From positions 12,801,949 to 12,834,174 of the forward strand of contig NC_057718.1 in assembly GCF_004010195.1 (NCBI RefSeq): a DNA stretch of 32,226 nucleotides. The letters run 5' to 3'. This DNA comes from Chiloscyllium plagiosum. Its lineage: Eukaryota. Both the position numbers and the translations under genes were made by a program. Below are positions 12,106 to 22,094 of this stretch, one piece after another (position 1 is the first letter of the stretch; the number at the start of each line of letters is the position of its first letter). The notes beneath the pieces were generated by a model that had not been told where the DNA came from, searched no databases, and saw nothing but the letters and a program-made list of their open reading frames with translations.

Positions 12106-12619
12106 AGGCAGACATCCCAGTCCCATGTTCCCCTACATGCTCTTCAGTTCATCACTCTTCTCTGCAAGACCTCTTGCATTGAAATAAATGAAGTTTAATT
12201 CTTCAGAGTTACCTTGTTCTCTGACTAACCAGCTCATGTCTGCTTTTCTAATTAAATTGCTCTTTACTGATTCTTAACCATCTTTATCTGTCTTTCTATT
12301 TTTACTGTCACTCAGACACCCCCACACCCCCGTCTACTAGTTTAAAGGCTCCTGAAATAGAACTAGCAAATCTTCTTGCCAGGATATTGGTCCCTTTCCA
12401 GTTCAGGTGAAATCCATCCTTTTTGAACAGGTCTCTTCTGCCCCAGAAGAGATCCCAATGATCAAAAAATCTAGATCTTTGCACATTGCACCATCTCTTT
12501 CACTACTGATTTATCTGCCCTTTCTTTTTATTCCTAATCTCATTAGAATGTGGCACATGGAATAAACCAGAGATTACTACCTCTGAGGTTTTGCTTTTTA
12601 GCCTTCCACATAACCTCTT

Positions 12620-12970
12620 AGAGTCTTGGAATCATACATTAAGGAAGCAGACCCTTCGGTCCAACTCGTCAGCGCCAACCAGACATCCCAGCCTGACCTA
12701 GTCTCATTTGCCAGCATTTGGCCCTTGTCCCTCTAAGCTCTTCTGAATCATATACCCATCCAGATGCCTTTTAAATATTGTAATTGTACCTGCATTCACC
12801 ACTTTCTCTGGCAGCTCATTCCATACATGCACCACCCTGTGTTGCCCCTCAGGACCTTTTAAATCTTTCCCCTCTCACCTTAAACCTATGCCCTCTAGTT
12901 TTGGACTCCCCCTAGGAAAACGACCTTGGCTATTCACCATATCCATGCCGCGCCTGATTTTTCAAACCTC
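12620..12970 (-). mobile_element. CR1 3'-end fragment
   Basis: cagacccttcggtccaactc...ttttaaatattgtaattgtacc...cctctcaccttaaacctatgccctctagt, the same subfamily as 23525-24482. Confidence 0.85.
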
Positions 12971-14074
12971 TCAATTATATGCACTCTGCAAAGCCTTAGC
13001 CGTTTTCCCAACTATATCATTCCTATCAATCTATACAACAATGTCCTCAATCCTGACAACAGGAAGGCAGCATACCATCCTAGATTCATGTTCACGGCCA
13101 CAGTGTCTCCTGTCTGTGCCCTTGACTAATAACAATTATTCTTTTAAATATTGACAAACCCCACTTAACATAAGAATCATTCTCAGTGCCCAAGATCTGA
13201 CTGACACTTCTATTTTCCTCTGACAGACTGTCCCCTTCAGCAGTACCCAACACTTATGCCCCAACAAAATCCTCTAGTCCACATCATTAAGTGCCAGATT
13301 CTGTGGTTTTATTCCCAGGTTCCATGCTATTATTCCAGGGTAGCCATATAAAGTGTTGCAATTCCTAGTGCCAGACTCTGAAATAAAAGCTCCAAGTCAT
13401 TCAGTGTCAGTGGTGTGATATACTTGTCCAGCTCCTCCCACAATGCACAGAGTATCATTCTGTAACAAGAGGAGCCATCAAACCCTTCTCATTTTTTGTG
13501 TTTATAGAGTAACAAATACCTCACATCCCTTTCAAGGCAGGGATGCATCTGGAGGTCAGGAGCAGAAATAGTTTTGAGCTTTGCTGTTCTGCTTCATGAT
13601 GTTGCTTGATCCGTCTCCCACTCCATCTGTACATGTTAAACTTCTGTAAAGCACTTCTAACAACTTACGACCATTTGTGTGGCATCCATTGTAACAGGAG
13701 CATTTGTGAACACACTTAAAATTGAGGAGGAAATCTAGGTTGAAAATGGAAGCCTTAAGCCCTTCAAAGAAAATACGAATGATTTTTTTTATAAGAATGA
13801 AATCTGTGTGTAAAGGAATCCAGTGACCAGCATGTTAGACACTGGCTTCTGGGATTAGATGGTAAATTGAGAATGAGTTGAAATCTGACACGTGTACTTC
13901 ACTGTGCTAACTGCTGCGAAGCAAAGTTAAGTGGCTGAAGTTTAGTGTGGAACAATTCTATATTTAAAATTAGTAAAAGTTGTGATTAAATGTAGAAGAC
14001 TACATTTATTCTTTAGTTTAGAAATTTTCAGCAAATTGCTCTCAAACTGCATGTATACATCCTGTTGATATGTA

Positions 14075-14440
14075 GGTTGACTCCTTTAGTGAGTTTGTGT
14101 TGGACATATACTGGCTCCCTGCAGTTGGTGAAGGCACGATCCATTTTATCAATGAATTCCCACACACCAGGAAGCCCCAGGTTTTGATCCCTGGATCTAT
14201 GTTGAATCAGCTAACTTTGTGGCACAGCATGAGGCAATGTCATTAGGCTCAGTGCACCCAGTTTGAGAAAAGGAAATTTCTATCTAGGGATGCCTTTTCC
14301 CGGAAGTATTCAGTGGAAAATGCAGACAAATGAACAGGTGATGAGATTTTGGGCTAAGCTATGAAGCCCCACTTTGGCGAATAGCTGGCCAGAATGCCAT
14401 CTCTTGTCTGGATCAATGGATGAAGAATGAATGATGCCTG
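14075..14440 (+). mobile_element. Probable old SINE remnant
   Basis: B-box-like ccccaggttttgatccctgg at ~14176-14195 followed by a repeat-like body. Boundaries are uncertain. Confidence 0.35.
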
Positions 14441-15387
14441 GAGGGGGAGAGAAAATTGAAAATAAAAGCAAACTTAAAAATTAAGCTTGGGACACTACGC
14501 ATGTAGTTAGTTATTTCACTTGAGTTTTGCCGACATCATGCTGATTATAAGGCACAGATTTTTCCCATACCTATCTGAATCCCATAGTGTAAAGGTCAAT
14601 GAGGAGCTTAATTGAAATACAGTGCACACTTGGAAACTGGCAGTGGGATTTGTAGCAAATTTGCTGGGACACTGGTATTGTCTTAACTGCTGTCGGTTGT
14701 AGTTCACAAAGCCCTACTGTCTGTTATCTATAACCCAGCAGACGGAATCCCTTCATCTTAATGTAATGTTAGATGCCTTGCATTCGGACTATTGTCTTTA
14801 GTCTTCTGCAGATCAGCCGCTTTCTCTGCCCATGTGCGGGAACTGCTCAGTTCACCAAGACTCTGGCTTTCTTCTTTTGTTCCCTTATTTCTCTCTCTGC
14901 TGCACTCACTTTCTCGGCTGGAAGAGAAGAACACACTCAGGTTGTGAACATCACTGGAGCCATGTAGAAATCCTGAGCATGGGGTTTGGCCACAGGTTTC
15001 TCCAAAAAACTAATTTCTCAGACACATTGATTTGCAGTATGCACCTACGAACCTTTGAGCTGATTTTTTAAAAAAGTCCCTTGTCTGTCCTGATGAATGA
15101 ATGCACACTCTCCTCGTTTATTTGCCAACCATAGTAATGATAAGTTAATCCTTCCATTTACTTCAAGTGAGAACAACTGCTGCATGCCCTTTTATTTCTT
15201 TGGCCTTTCGTTGCTTCAATTTTCAAAATATAATTACCCCACAAAAAGCCCTGAGGTAGGATTGTTCAAAGTGAAGCGGTAATTCTGCGTGCAGATTGCA
15301 TTAAGTATTCATAGATTCAAATTGTGGGGATTTATATGCCTGTGTGGCTTCTGTCTATACTATGCTATTGAGGTTAACGAGGAGGAA

Positions 15388-15788
15388 AAGACTTGCATTT
15401 GCATAGTGCCTTTCAAGACCTCAAAATGCCTGGAAGCACTTTATAGGGAAATAAATATTTTGAAGTGTAGTCACTGTGATGACATAGGAAACACAGCAGT
15501 CAGTTTCCACATGGCTATTTGGTAATGACCACAAATTCAGTCTTGGTGATTTTGATTGAACAATCAGTGTTGCCCAAGGACATGGGGTATGTTTCCCTGA
15601 TACTTCTTTTTCAAGCGAGTGCCAAGACATATTTCATATTGACCTGAGAGGGCAGGTGAGCAAGTTGATTTAACATTCCTTCAAAAGATGCCACTTCTGG
15701 TGCAGCAGTCTCTCAGTACATATGGTTTCTGGAGGGAAGCATGACGTCCAGTTCAGGCGTGATTGAGAAAGCTACCTACTGAGCCACA
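15388..15788 (-). mobile_element. Deu-domain tRNA SINE (SacSINE1-like)
   Basis: acttgcattt.catagtgcctttca...ttgaagtgtagtcactg...aggaaacacagcagtcagttt...cctgagagggcag...ctactgagccac, collinear with the copy at 24730-25210. Confidence 0.78.
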
Positions 15789-16101
15789 TTGAACCCTGCT
15801 ATGTCAAATATAGGCCAGACTGGGGAAGGACAACCTGCTTGATTGATACTCTCCAAACTGAAATCATAGGAATCACCAGTGCGACATTAAGTATTGTTGC
15901 AGGGTATTTTGCCTGCATGTGATTCATGGTCACTGTACCCAATCTACCCAGAACCCAGCATCTTAGGAGAGAAGAGGAGGAAAAACACATTTGCACCATC
16001 GAGCTGTGTTCAGCATGTTATGTTTCTAAGCTATTAATCCAAGGAGAAGAGCTAGTGGTCCTTCATGCAGGGCTAGTAATTCAGGGAGAAGGGCTTGTAA
16101 T

Positions 16102-16324
16102 AGGTAAAGTCACCATAGTCTTACTGGACCACAGGCCTACTCCCTCATGAGAGAGAAACAATTGGTGGTGGTTAAACCTGATGGTCACTACATCTCAGGC
16201 AAGGGGACAGGTTGAGAAGAAGATCCCTTCATGGTAACTTCAGCTGGGGTGGGAATTAAACCCATGCTATTGACATCATTCTGCTTCTTACACCAGTCAT
16301 CCAACCGACTAGCTAAACTGATCC
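16102..16324 (-). mobile_element. tRNA-derived SINE inserted in the minisatellite
   Basis: The minus strand begins ggatcagtttagctagtcggttgg (A-box-like), has gggtttaattcccacc (B-box-like), and ends gactatggtgactttacct. Confidence 0.72.
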
Positions 16325-16464
16325 TATTATGGCTGGTGATACTGGGAGTAGGAATTGTAATTCAAGGAACAGTGATTGTAATCGTGGGAGTAGGGCTAGT
16401 ACTCTGAAGAGCAGGACTAGTAATCCAGGGAGCAGAGTAGTAATCTGGGGAGCGAGGGACAAGA

Positions 16465-16583
16465 TTAGATGAAGGGCTTTTGCCCGAAACGTAGATTTTT
16501 CCTGCTCCTTGGATGCTGCCTGACCTGTTGTGCGTTTCCAGCACCACTCTAATCTTGACTCGAATCTCCAGCATCTGCAGTAC
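16465..16583 (+). mobile_element. Penelope-terminus short insertion, 5'-truncated within the hammerhead core
   Basis: gatgaagggcttttgcccgaaacgtagatttttcctgctccttggatgctgcctgacctg...ctccagcatctgcagtac; lacks the first CT of CTGATGA. Confidence 0.85.
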
Positions 16584-16957
16584 CTAGTAAACCAGGGAGC
16601 AGAATAATAATCTGGAGTCCGAGTCTAGTAATCCAGGGAGCAGGACTAGTAATCCAGGGGGTGTGAGTTCAAATCCCATGGTATTTTGAATTGGAAATAA
16701 TTTTAAAGAAAAATATTGGAAGGTGAAACTGATATCATTTAAAATAGCCTTGAAAATATCCAATTGTCATAAAAATGCATGTTCTTTAAGGTATTATATC
16801 TGTCATCCTTACCTTGTCAAACTTGCCTCTGATGTAGGCAGTGATAACAGCTTCTCAGGTCGACTAGAAATGCATATTAGATTCCTGACTTGTCAGATAT
16901 AACTATAAATCAAAAGTTGATTAATAAAATTAATTATATTTGCTTCTAACTGGAGAA

Positions 16958-17418
16958 GGCAAGAGTGTGGTACTGGAAAAGTACAGCCGGTCAGGCAGCA
17001 TCTGAGGAGCAGGAGAATTGATTTTCGGGCAGAAGCCCTTCATCAGGAATGAGGCTTGTGGGCCGTGGAATGAGAGATAAATGGGAGGAGGATAGGCCTG
17101 GGGGAAGGTAGCTGAGAACGCAATAGGTAGATGAAGGTCAGGGAGAAGGTGATAGGCTGGAGAGGAGGGTGGATTAGGTAGATGGGAAAGACGATGGACA
17201 GGTCAAGAGGGCGGTACTGAGTTGGAGGCGTGGGACTGGGATAATGTGGGTGGAGGGGAAATGAGGAAAGTGGTGAAATCCACATTAGTCCTGTGTGGTT
17301 GCACGGTCCCAAGGTGGAAGATGAAGCATTCTTCCTCCAGTCGTCGGGTGGTTAGGGTTTGACGATATGTTCACCAAATGACTCTGATCCCAGCATCTGC
17401 AGTCCTTACTTTCTCCAC
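16958..17418 (-). mobile_element. Penelope-like retroelement 3' fragment: end of the GIY-YIG endonuclease, 3' UTR and hammerhead-bearing terminus, plus a short inverted terminal piece
   Basis: The minus strand at ~17265-17365 encodes RQTLTTRRLEEECFIFHLGTVQPHRTNVDFTTF (PLE GIY-YIG C-terminal RxxxExxxIxxLxTxxPxGxN pattern). The core cctgatgaagggcttctgcccgaaa is at ~17023-17047 and the inverted tail at 17380-17418. The 12-bp TSD ctaactg(g/a)agaa is at 16946-16957 and 17419-17430. Confidence 0.88.
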
Positions 17419-17891
17419 CTAACTGAAGAATCCATAATTCCTAATGCTTACTCAGACAAGTTAAGCAAATGACTGAGATCTGTGTCTGCATCAAGCATTT
17501 CTGTTTAACCAGTAGTATGTACAGTTATCCCATAATTCTGTTTCTTTCAAAACCAACTAAAAAGACTGTTCATCTTGTCCTGTTGCGTTAAGTAACAATT
17601 ATAGGTGTAAACACCAGACTCCATAACCGTACTTAAATCAGCAATAGATGTAAAATACTGCAACATGTGAAGCTTAGTCCTTGACTTTATCTCACCTAGA
17701 GACTAAATGTGTTTGCAAATTGTTTTGTGCACCTTTCTGACTGTGCAGCTCAAACCTACTTTAACCGTTCAGTTCATGTAGATGCTACCAGATGGACTCC
17801 TTGCTGACAGCCTGTGTTTCGCACAGCAAGTCCAGCAAGTGAATTATTTGCTGTCATTGTCTGGTCATTAATCTTTGACTTTCTTTTTCAG

Positions 17892-18098
17892 GTGCCCCGT
17901 GTTGACTCTCGGGCTGTGCACCTGGCCTTCCTCTTTGTTCGAGGCCTGTCCATACTTGTTTCAGTTAATAGTGCTTGTGGCTTTCCATTTCAAATGGGCG
18001 ACCTGATGCCGTGGGAGGTGTTTGACGGAAAACTTTTCCACACAAAGTACCTGCAGTCGCACAGTGGATGTAAAGCAGAGGACCTTCTAGAAAGGAAT
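17892..18098 (+). CDS. FAM120B: Internal coding exon of the FAM120B-like gene, phase 0-0, 69 codons: VPRVDSRAVHLAFLFVRGLSILVSVNSACGFPFQMGDLMPWEVFDGKLFHTKYLQSHSGCKAEDLLERN
   Basis: Acceptor ctttgactttctttttcag and donor AAT|gtgggt. Contains the FAM120 signature RAV.L..L..RG......NSACGFP......PW..FDGKLFH.KYLQ, closest to FAM120B as recalled. Confidence 0.95.
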
Positions 18099-19996
18099 GT
18101 GGGTATACAGATGGACTGTGTATGCTTGAGGTGATTCTCAACTAATGATGGTGGTTTACAGTAGGTTGTTTGCCAAAGCAAATACCATCTGGTAATGCAC
18201 AGGCAAAACCAGTTATTACAAAGAAGGTGAACTTAATGATTAATCTTGATGGTACAAGTAAGGCCAGCTTCTATCCACATATGCCAGGAAATAGATGTTT
18301 TACTCGTTGTATACATCAAATGTAAAGTTGTTGGATAGGAATTGAGGAGCATGTTCACTTCACTTGTGAACACATTGTCTTCTTTTTGTTCCAAAAATCC
18401 TATCAGTGGTCAGTTTAACTAATATCAAGAGTTTTCACGGCAGTGTGCCATCTTACCCTCATTAGCTGAAGACACTACAAGCAGATTCCAAAAATGCCCC
18501 CTCACCAAAGCACTCATTTTTCTTGTAGCAGTTCCAACAGTATTGACCATTAAGCTATTTGATCAGACATGGCATCACTTCCTGTCAGCCGACATTCATG
18601 TTGTTACTGGATCGCAGTCAGAAGACTTTTCCTTGAGCCTTTGGTTAGGTTGGGGGGGTGTTGTCTGTGTGGGGGTGGGGGGGGGTGAATGTGTGGGGAT
18701 GTACGTTAGATATTATGCTTCTTCCTGATAGTTAACTCACAAGTGACTAGCCTCCAGTCATTGCAATACTTCATCAGCTACTGACCTTGCTGTGTCACAC
18801 ATATACTTTTATCTTAATTGACCATATACATTCTCGCCCTGGTCTTTGTCCCTGTTCTCCTTTACCTAATCTCGCTCCCTTGAGTGCCAGGGACACAGAT
18901 TTGAACATTTATGAATTAGTTTGTTTAGTTGATCATTACCAGAATCACATAGAGTGAAAGCAGGTCTATGTGACCTCTGTTAGAGGAAACTCTAACTTCA
19001 CTTAAGGTCATTTTAAACCTCTCACCTTTGTCTCTTCCAGCCTCATCTCCATGGTGCTCATGGAAATATTTATCAGCAAAATTGAGATTATTAGCTGCTT
19101 ATACCATTCTCTCCCTTTCCCTGGCCTTGAAGCTGCATTTTCCTTCACGTTCTCTCCTCTGTCCTCTTATTTCCATTCTGAGCTCAGCCTGTCCCTGAGA
19201 TCCACTTGTTTCTTTCTTGTTCCTGATATCCAGCGAACTGAACTGTACTTCCTGATTGTTTCCTTCCTCTTTCAATTCTGCCAACATCATCCATTTTTTT
19301 TCCTAAAAGTATCCTTGACCTCTTAGGTCCTTGCAAAGTATTGATTTATCTTCAATTTCAATTTCTTCATCAAAGTCTTTGAATATTTTATTGCCACTTT
19401 ATCAACCATAATTTTGATTTTTGTCAGGTATGCCTTCAGCTGCCAAACCTCAATCTTGGCTCACCTATGCATGAGCTCCCTCTAATTAGATTGCTGCCAT
19501 GCCACAGTACTGAAATAGCCCTGACCAAAGACTCAAATTACATCCTATGCCACTTATCCAATGGCATTCATCTAAGCTGAAATTGTTGTGTCTTATCCAG
19601 TCATAGCCAGCGAATCAGTCTCAACGTCTTCTCTTCTCATTCTCATACCGTTAGTTCTGCGTTGCCCAAGCATCAATCCTTGGTCCCCTCCTATTTCTCA
19701 CCTACAGGCAACAACATCTGAAAGTGCAGTGTATTATTGGGCATGTATATTGACAATAACTATCTCTACCTTGCCACCATCTTCACTGAATCTTCCACAC
19801 CATTTGTTCAATTTCTGTGGAGGGTGACCTGATACTTTCTTCAACCCAGTAATAGGAAGAGTCAAAGCAGTCTCTGTATCAAGTTTCCTTGTCACTGACT
19901 CCATCCTTCTCCTTGGTCTCTCAGACCTAAGCATTTCTTCAGTTTTGGTCTTCTGAGCATCCCTGATTTTCATAATTTTGATTGTTTGCAGCACCT

Positions 19997-20210
19997 AGGA
20001 AATAGTGAGGACTGCAGATACTGGATGAGTCAGAGTCAATAAAGTGTGGCATTGGAAAAAAGCACTGCAGGTCAGGCAGTATCTGAGGAGCAAGCGAGTT
20101 AACATTTCAGGACTTAACCCTTGTTAGGAGTACACCCAAAACGTCAACTCTCTTGCTTCTCAGATGCTGCCTGACCTCCTGTGCTTTTCCTAGCGCCGCA
20201 CTTTATCAAC
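19997..20210. mobile_element. Fold-back Penelope-terminus insertion
   Basis: The left arm aataaagtgtggcattggaaaaaagcactgcaggtcaggcagtatctgaggagcaagcgagttaacattt is the inverse of the right arm aaacgtcaactctcttgcttctcagatgctgcctgacctcctgtgcttttcctagcgccgcactttatc. cataattttgatt occurs on both flanks (19971 and 20211). Confidence 0.82.
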
Positions 20211-20285
20211 CATAATTTTGATTTTTGTCAGGCATGCCTTCAGCTGCCAAACCTCAAGCTCCAGAATTCCTTTTTGAAATCATCG

Positions 20286-20640
20286 TAGGGAGGCAATGGC
20301 CTAGTGGTATTATTGTTGGTCCATTAATCCAGAGACCCAGACAAGTCTTGGGGATCCAGGTTCAAATCTTGCCATGGCAGATGGTAGAATTTGAATCCAA
20401 TTTTTTTTTAAAGTCTGGAATTAAGAGTCTAATGATGATCCATTGTCAATTGTCAGAAAAGCCCACCTGGTTTATTAATGTAATTTAGGGAATGAAACTG
20501 CCATCCTTATCTGGTCTGGGCCTACATGTGACTCCAGACCTCTAACTGATTCTTAACTGCTGTTGGGCAATTAGGAATGGGCAATAAATGCTGCCTAGCC
20601 AATGATGCCCTCATCCCATGAATGAAAATGAATGAAAAAG
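20286..20640 (+). mobile_element. tRNA-derived SINE, near full length
   Basis: A-box tggcctagtgg, B-box ggttcaaatct, and tail gggcaataaatgctgcctagcc...catcccatgaatgaaaatgaatgaaaaa. It splits the L2 3' end. Confidence 0.85.
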
Positions 20641-20807
20641 CCTCTCCACCTCTCTATCTCTACCTCTCTCTCTTATTCCCCCCACTTAAACAATCTTTCA
20701 AATCTACCTCTTTGACCATCCCTCTGATGTTCTTTGGAGTTAAATTTTGTTTGATTGTGTTCCTGTGAAGTCCCATGTGACAGTTTACTGCGTTGAAGGT
20801 GGTAGAT

Positions 20808-20955
20808 GGAGGTCTAGTGATACAGCGGTAGAGTTCCTAACTTCTGGGCCAGAAGCTATAGTTAGAGTTCCATTTCAGGACTTGTTGGCCATGGAATGTG
20901 TATTCGTAATGTAGCCAAACAAGTTGATTGTAAGTATGTAAATCCTTCCAATGTG
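20808..20955 (+). mobile_element. tRNA-like SINE head, related to 28058-28141
   Basis: ctagtgatacagcggtagagttcctaacttctgggccagaag...gagttcc resembles cttgaggtgcagtgctactgtccctacctcaggactaggaggcctaggttcaactcc. Confidence 0.5.
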
Positions 20956-21203
20956 GCTGAGAGCTTGCTGGTCAGCTGTCCTTCAGAAGTCAATATCAAA
21001 CCATTGCAGTCCCTTGGCCATTAGCATGGCCCAATCCAATGCAATTGCATGACCCAGCACTTGGAAACGAGGAGGGAAAACAGTCAGATAGAGTGGCGCT
21101 GTACATTGCAAGTTTTTGTTCCAGTAATGACTCCCACAAAATGTCTGAAGTCATGTGATATCTTTTTTGTCAGATTGCTGATCATTTTGGTTCTCTTTTG
21201 TAG

Positions 21204-21306
21204 GATATTCTGCTGCAGGAATTCCAGAAGCTGAAGTCCCTCATTAACAGTATTTGTGTGAAAAAGAACAGGGACATACAGAGCCGGCCCCGGCTGCACA
21301 CAACAG
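21204..21306 (+). CDS. FAM120B: Internal coding exon of the FAM120B-like gene, phase 0-1: DILLQEFQKLKSLINSICVKKNRDIQSRPRLHTT(E)
   Basis: Acceptor ttttggttctcttttgtag and donor CAG|gtcagt; 103 nt. The F..LK......C.K.NR.I pattern matches the FAM120B helix that follows the FDGKLFH exon. Not captured in this frame by the ORF track. Confidence 0.88.
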
Positions 21307-21597
21307 GTCAGTGGCCAGGGCTTCATTCACTATTCATCGTTCAATACCTTTTCTGAATTGTAGACACCGCTGAAATGGGATGAAATATTTGATTAAAAAT
21401 GGCCTTTGACGGTGTCCATAAGTGAGAAAGAGGAAAAATCAGCAGAAAAAGGGAGACTTCTTGGAAAATTGTGCGCTTCTCTTTGTTCTGAGCTGTATGA
21501 GAGAGGCAGTCCAGTAAAACTCACTCATTATTTATAATATTTGCTTTTGACCAATCTATTGATTAAAATGGATCTGTCATGTGTCCTGTATCGATAG

Positions 21598-21741
21598 AAA
21601 ATTGGGAAAGGCCCGGTACTTACAGTGGAGGAGGTCGATATCACGTGGCACAGCAGGAACAGCAGCTGCCTGCTTATTGTCCATACCGTGCCTATCGCCC
21701 AGATTATCAGGCAAGGTATTCAAAGTCTCCAACGCAAACAG
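21598..21741 (+). CDS. FAM120B: Probable next coding exon of the FAM120B-like gene, phase 1-1, low-complexity tail: (E)NWERPGTYSGGGRYHVAQQEQQLPAYCPYRAYRPDYQARYSKSPTQT(G)
   Basis: Acceptor gtgtcctgtatcgatag and strong donor CAG|gtatgc; 144 nt open in the frame required by the preceding phase-1 exon. G/Y/R/Q/P-rich like the FAM120B C-terminus, but I see no residue-level homology. Confidence 0.68.
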
Positions 21742-22094
21742 GTATGCCTAAAAGTCACTTCTATCATCATTATCTGTTATGTTTTAATGCTTAATTTAGA
21801 AGTAACCCCAAAAATATCTACTGACATTCTCAGTGGTGAAGGTCATGGGTACAACAAAAGAATTAACTATCTTCCTAATGGAGAATAAGGTATTGGTTTA
21901 CTATTCTATATGCATTGTCACTATGTTCCCACATCTGACCTTGGTTACCGTTGAATTACGTAATCCGTAGATGGCTGAAGTCTGCAGCTGACCTCAGTGT
22001 CACCAAGACGGGGAGAAAGGTAAAACCATCTAGGATACCTGTTCTCACTTGTGTAGCAATCCATGCTACAAAGAGCATTGGATTTAATGGTTAT

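Larger units (their letters stand above)
9880..12620 (-). mobile_element. Long degraded CR1 LINE: RT, tether and APE endonuclease remnants plus the 3' part of ORF1 (SGNH esterase-like)
   Basis: ORF fragments NFRPVSLTS, IVGGVNFPNID...TRGGAKLDL and AITETWLGEGQ. At ~12340-12500 the minus strand gives FFDHWDLFWGRRDLFKKDGFHLNWKGTNILA (DG.HLN motif of the CR1 ORF1 esterase). Confidence 0.88.
16030..16660 (+). repeat. Degenerate ~21-bp minisatellite (consensus ~ACTAGTAATCCAGGGAGCAGG, about 13-14 units) interrupted by two insertions
   Basis: Units are visible at 16030-16101, 16332-16462 and 16584-16660. The last unit runs into a SINE B-box (gtgagttcaaatccc) and a degraded SINE body to ~16900. Confidence 0.8.
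19050..20800 (+). mobile_element. Old, internally deleted L2 LINE remnant hosting PLE and SINE insertions
   Basis: CHSTEIALTKDSNYIL at ~19500-19547 (L2 HSTETAL.KV.NDIL motif), pyrimidine-rich strand bias, and an L2-type 3' end gccttcagctgcc...ctacctctttgacc...cctgtgaag. Confidence 0.7.

Noticed and set aside
16030..16660. Repeat array as a CRISPR locus
   Set aside because: Units are tandem without unique spacers and degenerate, the context is a vertebrate intron, and there are no cas genes.
17814..18134. ORF-track 106-aa ORF as a stand-alone gene
   Set aside because: Only 17892-18098 is the FAM120B exon; the flanks are intronic read-through.
18645..18700. G-rich run as a functional G-quadruplex
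   Set aside because: Simple low-complexity GT/G tract with no supporting context.
20286..20375. tRNA gene suggested by A and B boxes (also 1400-1490 and 28058-28125)
   Set aside because: No complete cloverleaf, and the sequence continues into SINE body and tail.
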